Assembly: GCA_963845185.1 (NCBI GenBank)
Contig: CAWJRG010000005.1
Span: forward strand, 576,001-640,000
Length of the DNA: 64,000 nt
Reading direction: 5' to 3'
From: an uncultured bacterium
Lineage (GTDB): Bacteria > Oederibacteriota > PGYV01 > CAWJRG01
The notes under the pieces: generated by a model
Told to the model about the DNA's origin: nothing
The model's input: only the letters and a program-made list of their open reading frames with translations
Databases searched by the model: none
Part shown: positions 1 through 10,714 of the stretch, piece after piece
Numbering within the stretch: the first letter of the stretch is position 1
How the letters are laid out: every line of letters begins with the position of its first letter
Made by a program: the position numbers and the translations under genes

Positions 1-271
<271 letters not shown>

Positions 272-277
272 TTATTT

Positions 278-886
278 CTATTTCTTGCCTTTTCCTGCCT
301 TTTTTACAACATATCTTATAATAGTAATATATTTGTTGGGGTTGCCTTTAAAAATCATTCCCGGGCCTTTTATGTATTCTTCCTCATGGGCTCCTGCTAT
401 TTCATAGCCGCTGTCAATTATGAATTTATATAGCTTTTCAATCGTAGGTTTTTCATCGGAATAAGACCCGATATGCACGATTTCAGCGACTGTGCCGTAT
501 GTCCAAGTATCCAGTTTTACTGTGGGAAGCCCTGGATGCTGGCCCGGAAGTTCGGTTATCGAATTCGGCACAGGCAAAGCCCACAACCCGATGAATTCCT
601 GTTTTGACGTATCAAATCCTTTCGGCCATCTTGCCCTTGGCGCAAGAGACATGTCCATGCCTTTATTTTTGCCGTAAAGCGTGAAATACATCCTGTAAAT
701 GGCAGTAATGCCGCTTTTGCCTGTTGTGTTTGGATCCCCTTTTACTTCTGCAACAATGACTTTCTGGTCAGGCATCTCCTTGATAGCCGGCTCTTTCATG
801 CTGTAATACTTGCTTAAGTCCCGGCCGCACCCTGCCAGACCCAATAAACAAATTAAAACTAAAAAAATAAACAAAACTTTTTTCAT
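278..886 (-). CDS. Lipoprotein with GyrI-like small-molecule-binding domain
   Basis: Lipobox LAGC; C-terminal HIGSYSDEKPTIEKL...HEEEY...TIIRY pattern typical of GyrI-like domains; AGGAGG SD. Confidence 0.7.
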   Translation of the reverse strand: MKKVLFIFLVLICLLGLAGCGRDLSKYYSMKEPAIKEMPDQKVIVAEVKGDPNTTGKSGITAIYRMYFTLYGKNKGMDMSLAPRARWPKGFDTSKQEFIGLWALPVPNSITELPGQHPGLPTVKLDTWTYGTVAEIVHIGSYSDEKPTIEKLYKFIIDSGYEIAGAHEEEYIKGPGMIFKGNPNKYITIIRYVVKKAGKGKK

Positions 887-933
887 TTCAAACCTCCTTG
901 GATTTGATTCCTGTACTTTATTTAACTGCCATA

Positions 934-1010
934 AAACCCCCTATTATCCCCCTTTATTAAAGGGGGATATAAATCCCTCCCCCTTAACAAGGGGGAGCGT
1001 GAGGGGGTTT
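934..1010. repeat. Nested palindromic REP-like element
   Basis: Hairpins tatcccccttt/aaagggggata (945-969) and tccccctt/aaggggga (978-996) enclosed by aaaccccct/agggggttt; related to the hairpin at 38524-38544. Confidence 0.7.
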
Positions 1011-1025
1011 GTTTTAGCTTGCAAA

Positions 1026-3650
1026 TTAGTCTATCCCAAACCTGCGTACAAAATACCTCTGTACAAAAAATACCATGCAGAGGTAAATCGCGACCGTTGC
1101 CTCAAGTATTAAAAAATACTTTGCCGGCAACATTACAAGTCCCAGCGATTTGGCAAAAGGCGTGAAAGGAAGTATCATAGCGAGTGCCACGATAAAAAGC
1201 GAGGTAAACGCCATGAATCTGCTTGGAAGGCTCTGCACTACCGGGATTTTTACGGTCCTTATGACGTAAATGACCAGGGTTTGCGTTACAAGCGACTCCA
1301 CGAACCAGCCAGTGTGAAAAAGGCTCTGCGTGGCAATTGTGCATTTGAATATGAAAAGCATTACTGCAAAAGTCGTATAATCAAAAATCGAACTTACCGG
1401 CCCTATGAAAAACATATATCTCTGTATTGACTCTATGTTCCAGGGCCTCGGTTTCAGCATGTATTCGGGGTCCACCTCGTCCGTCGGAATGGCCGTCTGG
1501 GACAAATCGTAAAGAAAATTGTTAAGGAGCACCTGTATCGGCGTCATTGGCAAAAACGGCAATATTATACTTGCGCCTGTCATGGAAAACATATTGCCGA
1601 AATTCGAGCTTGCTGCCATTTTAATGTACTTGGTAATATTTCCGAAAGTCTTTCGCCCCTCTATTACTCCGTCTTCCAGTACTAGCAGGCTTTTTTCAAG
1701 AAGTATTATATCAGCGGATTCTTTCGCTATGTCAACCGCGTTGTTGACCGAAATCCCTACGTCGGCGGCTTTTAAAGCCAGGGCGTCGTTTATGCCGTCG
1801 CCCAGGAACCCGACAATGTTTCCCTTTTTATGCAGGGCGTGTATTATCTTTTCTTTCTGTACAGGCGACAGCCTGGCAAAAACAGTAGTGTTCTGGACCA
1901 GCTCGCCAAATTTTTCGTCATCCATGCCTTCAATCATGTCGCCGGTTACCAGGCCCTGCACGTCCAGCCCCACCTCGCTGCAGATCTTTTTCGTGACAAG
2001 GTCATTGTCGCCTGTCAATACCTTTATGCTTACGCCGTAGTCCTGCAAAATCTTTACTGAGCGCCTTGTGCTGGCTTTGGGAGGGTCAAGGAACGCCACA
2101 TAGCCCATAAGCACAAGTTCTGATTCATCATCTTTTGTAAAACCGCCCTTATTGACGTCTATGTCCTTGTAAGCAAGCGCGAGCACCCTGAACCCGTCCG
2201 CGCTCAAACGGTCGTATTCCTCTTTTAAATCCGCGATTATCAGGTATTCTATTTCCATTATATCGCCGTCAAGCTCGTATTTCGTGCAGCGCTTGTAAAT
2301 TTCCTCAGGCGCGCCTTTTGATATCAGCCGTGACTTGCCTTCCATTTCCACTACAACGGACATTATTTTCCTGGAAAAATCAAAAGGTATCTCGTCTATT
2401 TTCCTGTAAGACGTTATGCTCGCGTTTTCCGGCTTGCTTATGTACTTTAAAATCGCCTTATCCAGCACGTTTTTCAGCCCTGTCTGGTAATAGCTGTTCA
2501 CCAGGGCGTATTTCAGCACATCCTGGCTTTCCTGCCTCATCACATCGCAGTACTGCTCAAGCACGACCCTGTCCATGGTTAGAGTGCCTGTCTTGTCCGT
2601 GCACAGTATGTTCATCGCGCCAAAATTCTGGATGGAATTAAGGCGCTTTACTATTACTTTTTTCTTCGCCATATTGCTCGCGCCCCTTGCAAGGTTTATT
2701 GTAATTATTAACGGGAGCATTTCTGGCGTCAGGCCCACTGCAACAGCCAGGGAAAACAAAAGCGCGTCCATGAAATTCTTTTTTATGCCCCAGTTTATTA
2801 AAAATATTACAATAACCATGGCGATCATCACTCGTATCATGACCCAGGTGAACCTGTTGACTCCCTTGTCAAAACTTGTTTCGACCTGCATGGTTGCGAG
2901 CCTCTTTGATATCTCGCCGAACTGGGTATAAACGCCTGTCTTTATTACCACGCCAAGGCCCGTGCCGCTTACCACCGACGAGCCCATAAAAGCTATATTA
3001 TTCATGTCCGCAATGCCTGTGGCTTTTTTTTCGGCAGGCTTTGCTGTTTTTTCCACGGGTATTGACTCGCCTGTTAAGGTTGCCTGGTTTATGAATAAAT
3101 CCTTGCACGATACCAAGCGGATATCGGCAGGTATCATGTCCCCTGCAAAAAGGTCCACAATATCGCCCGGTACCAGTTCCCTTATGTTTACCTCTTTTGA
3201 TTTTCCGTTGCGGACTATCGTAGTTGTAGTTTTAACCATTTCCATGAGCTTTTCAACTTCCCTGCTGGCCCTGTATTCCTGGAAAAAGCTCAAAAATACG
3301 CTCAATAATATCATGCCAAGCACTATCCCTGCGCTTACATAATCATTGCCAAGGAAAATTGAGGAAGCTCCTATTATAACGAGCACTATGACAAGTGGAT
3401 TTAAAAACTTTGTTAATATTTGGAGTGGCACGCTGAGTTGTTTGCTCTTTGCAGGTTCGTTATAGCCGTAATCTTTAATCCGGTTTTTTGCCTCTTTATC
3501 GGTGAGGCCTTTGTCCGATGTCTGAAATTTCTGGTACAGGATTTCAGGCGTGCATTCGGCACAGTCAAAATCAAGCACTTGCGGCTTGACGGCATTTATT
3601 TTAAAATTGTCCAAATTGCCTGAAAATTTTTTCCCGGCTCCATTTGCCAT
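1026..3650 (-). CDS. mgtA: Magnesium-translocating P-type ATPase
   Basis: TGES, PEMLP, DKTGTLT phosphorylation site, KGAPEE, GDGIND, SSNFGN and LLNNFLYD motifs typical of P3B Mg2+ ATPases. Confidence 0.93.
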   Translation of the reverse strand: MANGAGKKFSGNLDNFKINAVKPQVLDFDCAECTPEILYQKFQTSDKGLTDKEAKNRIKDYGYNEPAKSKQLSVPLQILTKFLNPLVIVLVIIGASSIFLGNDYVSAGIVLGMILLSVFLSFFQEYRASREVEKLMEMVKTTTTIVRNGKSKEVNIRELVPGDIVDLFAGDMIPADIRLVSCKDLFINQATLTGESIPVEKTAKPAEKKATGIADMNNIAFMGSSVVSGTGLGVVIKTGVYTQFGEISKRLATMQVETSFDKGVNRFTWVMIRVMIAMVIVIFLINWGIKKNFMDALLFSLAVAVGLTPEMLPLIITINLARGASNMAKKKVIVKRLNSIQNFGAMNILCTDKTGTLTMDRVVLEQYCDVMRQESQDVLKYALVNSYYQTGLKNVLDKAILKYISKPENASITSYRKIDEIPFDFSRKIMSVVVEMEGKSRLISKGAPEEIYKRCTKYELDGDIMEIEYLIIADLKEEYDRLSADGFRVLALAYKDIDVNKGGFTKDDESELVLMGYVAFLDPPKASTRRSVKILQDYGVSIKVLTGDNDLVTKKICSEVGLDVQGLVTGDMIEGMDDEKFGELVQNTTVFARLSPVQKEKIIHALHKKGNIVGFLGDGINDALALKAADVGISVNNAVDIAKESADIILLEKSLLVLEDGVIEGRKTFGNITKYIKMAASSNFGNMFSMTGASIILPFLPMTPIQVLLNNFLYDLSQTAIPTDEVDPEYMLKPRPWNIESIQRYMFFIGPVSSIFDYTTFAVMLFIFKCTIATQSLFHTGWFVESLVTQTLVIYVIRTVKIPVVQSLPSRFMAFTSLFIVALAMILPFTPFAKSLGLVMLPAKYFLILEATVAIYLCMVFFVQRYFVRRFGID

Positions 3651-3809
3651 TGTTTTGGTCCTTGTTTAATAAAAATATTTTGTTGGGAGGTGCGATTAGG
3701 TTTTCTCGAAGGGGCTTCCGGCTCTGGTCCTTTCCGCGAAGGACAGGAACAAAGCCTCGCCTCTATTATATATATTAGGCGCTTAACTGCATCTCTCATT
3801 CTGTTTTTG

Positions 3810-3850
3810 TCATTGCGAGCGACCAACAGGAGCGTGGCAATCTCGTTTTT
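3810..3850. repeat. Half copy of the palindromic repeat also present at 20637-20677
   Basis: 39/41 nt identical to 20637-20677 (tcattgcgagcgacca.c.ggagcgtggcaatctcgttttt). Confidence 0.8.
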
Positions 3851-4028
3851 GACACTGTAATTTTTAACTTATTATAAAGATTTTAACATGCCAAAAAGGT
3901 ATTTGTAAACAGAAAGTTTATTTCATTTTTAGTAGTTGATGTGTAATTTTGCAGTGATTGACCATCCAACGCCCCTGGAGCAAATTTAGTTTACAATTAT
4001 AAATTTGCACCAATAAAACCCGTCGTTC

Positions 4029-6392
4029 CTAAGGGACGAACTTTTCAATTACATTATACCCTATCATTCTGTATGTTTTCAGTCTTTTTGTATACATCTT
4101 TTTAAGTACTGGTACATTAATATCCAAATAATCATAGATTCTAACTTCGTCCTTGCCTTCATATTCCCTTTGTATTCTGCCAGCGTACTGTACAAGCCTA
4201 CCCTTAAATGACAATGGAGTAGTTAAAAAAATTGTATCAAGCCCGGGTAAATTAAAACCTTCTCCTACGTATGAACCTGTTGCTATTATAACCTTGCTAT
4301 CTCCCGGCTGGCTTGCGCCAATTAAATCCATCGCTGCCTTTATTTTCTTTTTGCCCATACCGCCAAAAAGCGGCACAATTGTCTTTACTTTGCCTGTAAG
4401 TTGTTTTTCCAGAAATAATAGGTGCTCTTTTCTTTCGGTTAGAACCATAGGGAACCTGCCCTGCTTAACCGCACTTTCAATATCGTTTACCAATATAAGA
4501 TTTCGCGATTCGCTTGCGACAAGCGCCGACATTATTTCTTGAATCGCTGCTTTTTCGGAATTTTCATAAGCAAAATTCGTATGACACATAATAACCTTAT
4601 ACTCATTTATCGAACTTGCCATGTCCTTTTGCTTTATTTCATGCACTATTGGACCGCATTGCATATGAATAATCGGCTGATGTCCGTCTTTTCTATATGG
4701 AGTTGCGGTGAGGCCAAGCACAAAGGCAGCCCTGGCGGAAGACAATATCTTCTCAAAAGTAAATGCACTTACATGATGACACTCGTCGGCGATTATAAAC
4801 CCATAGCCCGCCACAATATCATCCACCTTTCCCCCGTCTTCAAGGCTTTGAACCATAGCAACATCAATATTACCTGTTGGTTTTCTCTTACCGTCTCCGA
4901 TTTTACCTATTTCTTTCTTATCCTTACCGACAAATATCCCCAACTGAGTTAACCACTGTTCCAGCAAAGGTTTTCTGTGCACAAGTATTAGTACATTCTT
5001 TTTCCTTTGTGCAATAATATACGACGCCAGCACTGTCTTCCCAAATCCCGGCGGCGCACTCAACACCCCCGTTTCATGTTTTAATATATCTTTAGCCGCC
5101 TCTTTTTGCGCCTCATTTAGCTTGCCATAAAATTTTACGTTAATTTCCTTCCCAATTACTCTCTCATCTTTTACCAACATGGCTATATTGTACTCTGCAA
5201 GTAATTGCTTTAATTCCTCAATACAACCACGGGGTAGAATTAGATATCCCCTGTCAATTTCCGAACAATCAACAATCCTCGGAGTTGCATATGTCGAAAA
5301 TCTCATTTTTTGTTTTCTATAAAATTCGGGATTTTGAAATGCCGCAAGGTTCCTTATCCTGTTTAACAATGCAGACGGCATGTCTTTAACGCTCAAATAG
5401 ACTTTATTTGCAAGGACGACTTCTATTTCCCGCGGCAAATTTTCAAATTTGGGTTTATACGTACTCTTCCCTGACGGCATTATCATCCATGGCTTATCAT
5501 TTTCATCTACAGGATTATCTTTTGCCAATAACACAGGCACTGTGGAAACTCCTGCTTTTGATAATATCGAACTAATATTCTGTATGTTTAGTTTATTAAT
5601 ATTTTTTAGTACACTCCACTGGTCTATATATGGTTCTAACCCTTCGTCTAAAAAAAGTGTATTCCCCGACAACGTAGCTTCTTTTTGCATAGGTAAAGCA
5701 ATGAGATTTCCAAAACCGCCTTGCGGCATGATGTCCTGATTGGGAAAAAGCCTGTCATAGCTTTTCATATCGAGTTGATACCTGCCGGACATGGTAAGAG
5801 TTATAAGATAAGTGCCAAGCTTCCTTGCAAGATATGCCGGAACTTCCTCGCTGAAAAATACCCACACATGCGCTCCATTCCCCGATCGTGAGCGTTCTAT
5901 ATATCCCGTGACTCCGGCTTCTGAGCATGCTTGCCGGAAAGCCGCAACGTCTTCCTTCCATGATTCTTTATCAAAATCAACAGCCAGAATGCGGCACTTT
6001 TCATTTGTAAGTAGCGGATATATTCCAACAACCAGCCTGCCGTTTAAATGGTTCGAAATGACTTCATCGGTAAAAGGCAGGTATTCCTTTGCGGTGCAAT
6101 CAGAACATTTTCCTGCAGGCTTTATACAGATATTTTTTGCCCATTCATTTTTACAGACGGGGCTATAGCCCTTTTTACCTGTTTTTTTGCTTATCCAGAG
6201 CTTTCCATAGACATCCTGCCTGCCGATAAAAAGGCTTTTGAATATTTGCACTTTCTCGGCATCATTTAAGGTTGGAATATTTTCTATTACTTTTAAGTCA
6301 TTTTCAAGTTTGGTTTTAAGCTGATTTAACAGCGCCATTTGCCGAGCAACATTGTCTATCTTTTTTTGGATTTCTCTTTTTTCCTCTTCCAT
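4029..6392 (-). CDS. Archaeo-eukaryotic primase (TOTE-like) domain fused to SF2 DEAD/DEAH helicase
   Basis: N-terminal half has AVDFD, RSRSGNGAHVW and DRLFPNQD..GFGNLIALP (AEP-like); C-terminal half has APPGFGKT, DECHH, GLTATP and QYAGRIQR. Confidence 0.85.
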   Translation of the reverse strand: MEEEKREIQKKIDNVARQMALLNQLKTKLENDLKVIENIPTLNDAEKVQIFKSLFIGRQDVYGKLWISKKTGKKGYSPVCKNEWAKNICIKPAGKCSDCTAKEYLPFTDEVISNHLNGRLVVGIYPLLTNEKCRILAVDFDKESWKEDVAAFRQACSEAGVTGYIERSRSGNGAHVWVFFSEEVPAYLARKLGTYLITLTMSGRYQLDMKSYDRLFPNQDIMPQGGFGNLIALPMQKEATLSGNTLFLDEGLEPYIDQWSVLKNINKLNIQNISSILSKAGVSTVPVLLAKDNPVDENDKPWMIMPSGKSTYKPKFENLPREIEVVLANKVYLSVKDMPSALLNRIRNLAAFQNPEFYRKQKMRFSTYATPRIVDCSEIDRGYLILPRGCIEELKQLLAEYNIAMLVKDERVIGKEINVKFYGKLNEAQKEAAKDILKHETGVLSAPPGFGKTVLASYIIAQRKKNVLILVHRKPLLEQWLTQLGIFVGKDKKEIGKIGDGKRKPTGNIDVAMVQSLEDGGKVDDIVAGYGFIIADECHHVSAFTFEKILSSARAAFVLGLTATPYRKDGHQPIIHMQCGPIVHEIKQKDMASSINEYKVIMCHTNFAYENSEKAAIQEIMSALVASESRNLILVNDIESAVKQGRFPMVLTERKEHLLFLEKQLTGKVKTIVPLFGGMGKKKIKAAMDLIGASQPGDSKVIIATGSYVGEGFNLPGLDTIFLTTPLSFKGRLVQYAGRIQREYEGKDEVRIYDYLDINVPVLKKMYTKRLKTYRMIGYNVIEKFVP

Positions 6393-6653
6393 GGTGCCTC
6401 AATTCCTTTATACGCCTTATAAAACGTTTATGGCTACAGCTATCTTCAGCATAAAGCGTCCCACACCGTCTACCAGACGCCGCATGCTGTATATATCATT
6501 ACTGTCGTATCACATGCCACGAGTAGTTGGCGTACCATAAACCTGGGTATAAGCGAATTATCACTATAAACTCGAGTCTTAACGAGTGGTTTATGGTAAT
6601 TTAGAAACCGAATTTTAGAAATAAATATATACGTGGACCACCCTTTTTTTAAT

Positions 6654-7624
6654 CTAAATTTTTACAACTTTTAAATAGCTTGTTAAAAACTTTCTTGTGT
6701 CCATAAATTCATACGAATCTAAATCAAGCAAAATCACTTTGTTATTTTCAACTTTAATTACCACTGTAACTCCTAGGGTATTTTTTGTAGAAATATATAT
6801 ATAATCTCCAGGTTTCAATATTAAATCAGTTTTACCTATCGGTTTGTCAAATTCCATTTTCTGTATTCTATTTGCAAGTATATTAACGTCGTTACTCAAT
6901 GCATTCATCACCTCAATATTTACAGGTAGTTTAACAGCAATCTCATTAAAAATATTAATATCTGGTTTTAATTTATTTTCATTTAATTTTTTGAATAGTC
7001 TCGCAATTACTAATTCGCTATATATTGAACTATAGTATTCGCCGTCCAAATCTTCTTCGTGCCATTTTTTATTCTTAAATACTGAAAAAGCATATAATGC
7101 AGCAGCACCTAAGAATTGAAAAGCCTCTTTAAGTTCCTTATTGCCGTAACCCTCCCATATATCACTCGAACATTTTCCTATTAAACCGCCTTTAATTCCA
7201 CCTGCTAGAACACTTGATACTTTTAATACAAATTCACAATAAGGATACTCATCAAGCAATAAAACACTTGTATAATTTATCGTTCTAATCCTTCTACCTG
7301 CTAAAGCAGAAACGACCTTAACTAAACCGCAACATCGAAGTAAATGATATCTATTTAATGTTACATTCTGATCCAGAGTAACAGATATTTTTTCAGCAAT
7401 ACTCTCTAATTTTCTATTCAATTTTTCTTTTGCTCTTTCTACCGCCTCAAATGTTGGCAAGGAATTGGCATAAACATCGTCAAATTGATTTTTACCTTGC
7501 TCCTCTGATTTTATATGTGCTTCCGAATCTTCCGCATCAATCAATGCTGTACTTTTGACAAAAGTTTCATGTTTGGAAAATAACGAAAAAAAATTCTTTG
7601 ATTTCGTAAATAATGCCACTCCGC
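6654..7624 (-). pseudogene. C-terminal fragment (321-aa ORF) of the IS-interrupted PLD-family gene
   Basis: ORF begins 5 nt from the IS end and joins in frame to the PLD ORF when 7625-9117 is removed; same AT-rich composition. Confidence 0.65.
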
Positions 7625-7755
7625 CGCGTTTTTCAGCGATAGTGTCCTCAAACTCAAAAAGAATTGACTACTTGTATCAGTTAATTAATTGTACCAAACG
7701 TAAGGGTTTGCATAAAGCAAATTTTTATGTATACTTTCATCGAGGAGAGTGACAA

Positions 7756-8088
7756 ATGACTGACAACCAACAGAATAACGGATTGAAGAAACCAAAGTTA
7801 ACCCCAGAACAACTTTTTGATATTTATCAGGAATGTTCCTTACCCAACGCGCCAGTAAAAGCCATCCTGGAACGGTGCGGGCTTAAACCGTGGCATCTTA
7901 TTGCCTTGCGTAAGAGAATCAAGCAAGCTGCCCTGTCAGAACTATCGAATCCGGCAAAATCCGGCAGAAAGAAGTCCATGGTTCCCGTAGAAAGCCTTGC
8001 TCAAGTGGATAAGGAACTTTCTCAAACAAAGGACGCGCTGGCTGCTGTCGGGCATGAGCTTGCGTTGTTAAAAAAAAAGATGAGTTGA
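7756..8088 (+). CDS. IS3-family OrfA (DNA-binding / coiled coil)
   Basis: 110 aa, ends ELALLKKK on the A9G run; GAGGAG SD. Confidence 0.8.
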   Translation: MTDNQQNNGLKKPKLTPEQLFDIYQECSLPNAPVKAILERCGLKPWHLIALRKRIKQAALSELSNPAKSGRKKSMVPVESLAQVDKELSQTKDALAAVGHELALLKKKMS

Positions 8089-9086
8089 GTCTCAAGGGTC
8101 CTTTGAAGGGGCACTATCCGGCCCAAGTTAGGCAGATAGTTGTTATCACTATAAACGAAGCCGTACTATCCGGTTTCACGCAGAAAAGAGCTTGTTTGAT
8201 CTTTGACATAGACGCCAGAAAATTCAGACGCTGGGCTAAACTAAAAAAGAGAACGCCAAGAACGGCATGTAACAAACTGTTGCCGTTTGAAAAGACATCG
8301 ATTATTGACTCTGCCTTTAGACCTGAAAATATAGGCAAGCCATTGAGCCATATTTACGTATATGGCCATAATTCAGGCGCTTTTCATGCTTCTCTATCGA
8401 CTGTATACAGGTATCTAAAAGCCGAAGATCTCGTAAAACCATTCGAACCCAAAAAACGGAAATCTAATCATGTTTCGGCTCACGATCTTTTGGATGCTGG
8501 ATTTTCCCTTTTGACCTATGACGGTTCATGCTTCAAAACCGAGTCCGGCGTAACTGTTTGGTCCATACCGGTTCTGCTTCTGCCTTACAGGTATCTGCTG
8601 CATATCGGACACAGTTTACGCGGCGTCAGTTCAGCGGATTTACGGGATGCCGTTGCTCAAGCCATACTTGAACTGCCGGATGACTTTCCTGACAACATAG
8701 TGGCTTTTTCAGACCGCGGATCTGCTATGAAAGCCAAAAAGACTGTTGCCTTCCTGGAAGATGTGCTAAAAATTCCTGTACGCTACGGACGCCCAAACAC
8801 GCCGGATGACGAACCATGGATTGAGGCCCTGAATAAAAACTCGAAGTATCACAGGGATGTGCCGGCTGTCTTTCCAACGGTTTCAGATGTACTGGACTGG
8901 TTAGAAAAATTTAAACCACTGCATAACAACGATCCTCATAGCTCGCTACATTATGTTACACCGGCTGAGGCGTTCGCGGGAAAAATGGAGGTGATTTTAA
9001 GCCAGAGAAAGAACAACCTGATCACTGCAAACATTATAAGGTTGGAGGCTTTCAGGGCTTCCAAGCTTCAAGTAGTGATTGGGTGA
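8085..9086 (+). CDS. IS3-family OrfB, DDE transposase (-1 frame to OrfA)
   Basis: YDGS / SDRGS / IEALNK catalytic triad and C-terminal PHSSLHYVTP; -1 frame is open through the slippery site at 8070-8079. Confidence 0.85.
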   Translation: MSLKGPLKGHYPAQVRQIVVITINEAVLSGFTQKRACLIFDIDARKFRRWAKLKKRTPRTACNKLLPFEKTSIIDSAFRPENIGKPLSHIYVYGHNSGAFHASLSTVYRYLKAEDLVKPFEPKKRKSNHVSAHDLLDAGFSLLTYDGSCFKTESGVTVWSIPVLLLPYRYLLHIGHSLRGVSSADLRDAVAQAILELPDDFPDNIVAFSDRGSAMKAKKTVAFLEDVLKIPVRYGRPNTPDDEPWIEALNKNSKYHRDVPAVFPTVSDVLDWLEKFKPLHNNDPHSSLHYVTPAEAFAGKMEVILSQRKNNLITANIIRLEAFRASKLQVVIG

Positions 9087-9117
9087 CGGTTTGAGGTCAA
9101 TTAAGCTGAAAAACTCA

Positions 9118-10714
9118 GTAATAAATCTAAATCCGAACTATGACCATGGTAATCTGTTACATCTTTTATATCTAAATCCACTTCGTTTGCCTTAGTTTGT
9201 TCTATATTTTCATTATCATCTTGTTTCCGCGAACTTGAAGTTCGTAATTTTTTATTCAACCTTAAGTTTTCTCCTAATATATCACTTATTTCCATTACAA
9301 TTTCAAGAACGCTGTTTGTTACATCATCGTTAAGTAGTTTTTGAAAAGCCATTTGGTACTTCACAGTTTCCGTAGATTCACTACTAGACATCAAAAACGA
9401 GGTATAAGAAACAACCATAAAACCAGATTCGTAATTTTCCGATTTAATTTTCACTAATCTTGTGTTCAAATTATTTATGAACGACGCAGTAAAATAATTA
9501 TTTTTTGTCTCAAAATATAACACTTGAGTATCAATTTTTTCTCGGTAGTAATTAAAAAATTCTATCTGCATTGTCTCTTTAGGCGGATTAAGTATTTTTA
9601 CTTTACAGATGTCATTCTCAATTTCAACAGAAATAAGACAGATATTCATTTTTTCATTTTTTCTAATATCCTCTGTTATCTTTACTTTTGCATATAAATT
9701 TTTTGTAATGGGTTTATTATCTAAACTTTCTTTCAGGCCAAGCTGCTTTAATGTCGAGCCTTTTTTGGCAATTATGGCAACAACACTTTCATAATTCCCT
9801 CTCGGCGGATTCATAAACATCGCTGCCTTGCTCATATTTGCCGACCCAAAAAATACTAAATCATTTTCATTTGTCTCATATAATATCAATTTTGCATGTA
9901 AAAAAGATTTGGCAAATATGTCTATATTTTTTATACTATCCGGTGGCTTAAATTCATACCATTGTATATTTTTCCCCAATTTTTCAATCTTTTTCCCATC
10001 AGCATTAAGTTCCTTTTTTTGTATAATTACATCTATCGGTGTGTCCGAAAAATCTATGCTTAGCTTTTTTAAAATCTCAAATTCATCATCCCAAAACGGA
10101 CTAATTACAATAATTCTTTTAGGCTTATAATCAGATATCATAGTTGTAATTTGTGAAAAAAGATTTTTTTCAACATTAATAAAAAGTGCTTTTTCTTTAT
10201 TTTCATAAATTTTATTGCCTAGCCATGGCGTATTTTGTTTAGCAAAATTTAATTGTCTTTTTATACTCTCTGGCATTTGATTTTCAAAGGAATCTACTAA
10301 TTGTAAGGTTTTTATAAAAGAAATTTCGGTTTCATTGTCTTGAATTTCTATATCCCCAAATAATTCCCAGTTTGATAAAAAACCGCCGGAAGTGGCATTT
10401 CCACTGCCTATTACAATTTTTCCTTTTTCTTTCCCCAGCAATAAAAGTATTTTCGGATGAAATGACAAACAATTATAAATCGGCGTTACGCTATACAATC
10501 TTCCCATTGCTAATGGTATATCGTTTTCATTTTCAATCATTTTTTTATAAGATTGATTATCCATAAATACCATTTGATTGGAAATTCCATTCCTCAATAA
10601 TTTCCTACTTATTACTTTGCTATAAAAGTGTAAATCTAGTGAATATGTTAATAATATGCACGAATGTATTTTGCCTTTGAATTCCGATATTTCGTTTAAT
10701 ATATTATATGGCAT
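9118..10714 (-). pseudogene. Phospholipase D-superfamily nuclease-like protein, N-terminal part, truncated by IS
   Basis: LTYSLDL, FHPKILL..GSGNAT and LHAKLIL..GSANMS (two HxK motifs). Likely start ATG 10714 overlaps the upstream stop; its present stop (9101) lies inside the IS end. Confidence 0.8.

Larger units (their letters stand above)
7625..9117 (+). mobile_element. IS3-family insertion sequence (~1.49 kb)
   Basis: Imperfect terminal inverted repeats (left cgcgtttttcagcgatagtgtcctcaaac vs reverse complement of right tgagtttttcagcttaattgacctcaaac, 22/29), orfA/orfB layout and an A9G slippery site. No target-site duplication visible. Confidence 0.85.

Noticed and set aside
3596..3826. 76-aa ORF as an mgtA leader peptide
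   Set aside because: Starts inside a dispersed palindromic repeat and overlaps mgtA out of frame; no supporting SD seen.
3660..3900. M-box (ykoK) riboswitch call
   Set aside because: Only a short AGGYGAGGCU resemblance; the rest of the consensus is not recognisable, so it is kept as an unassigned leader.
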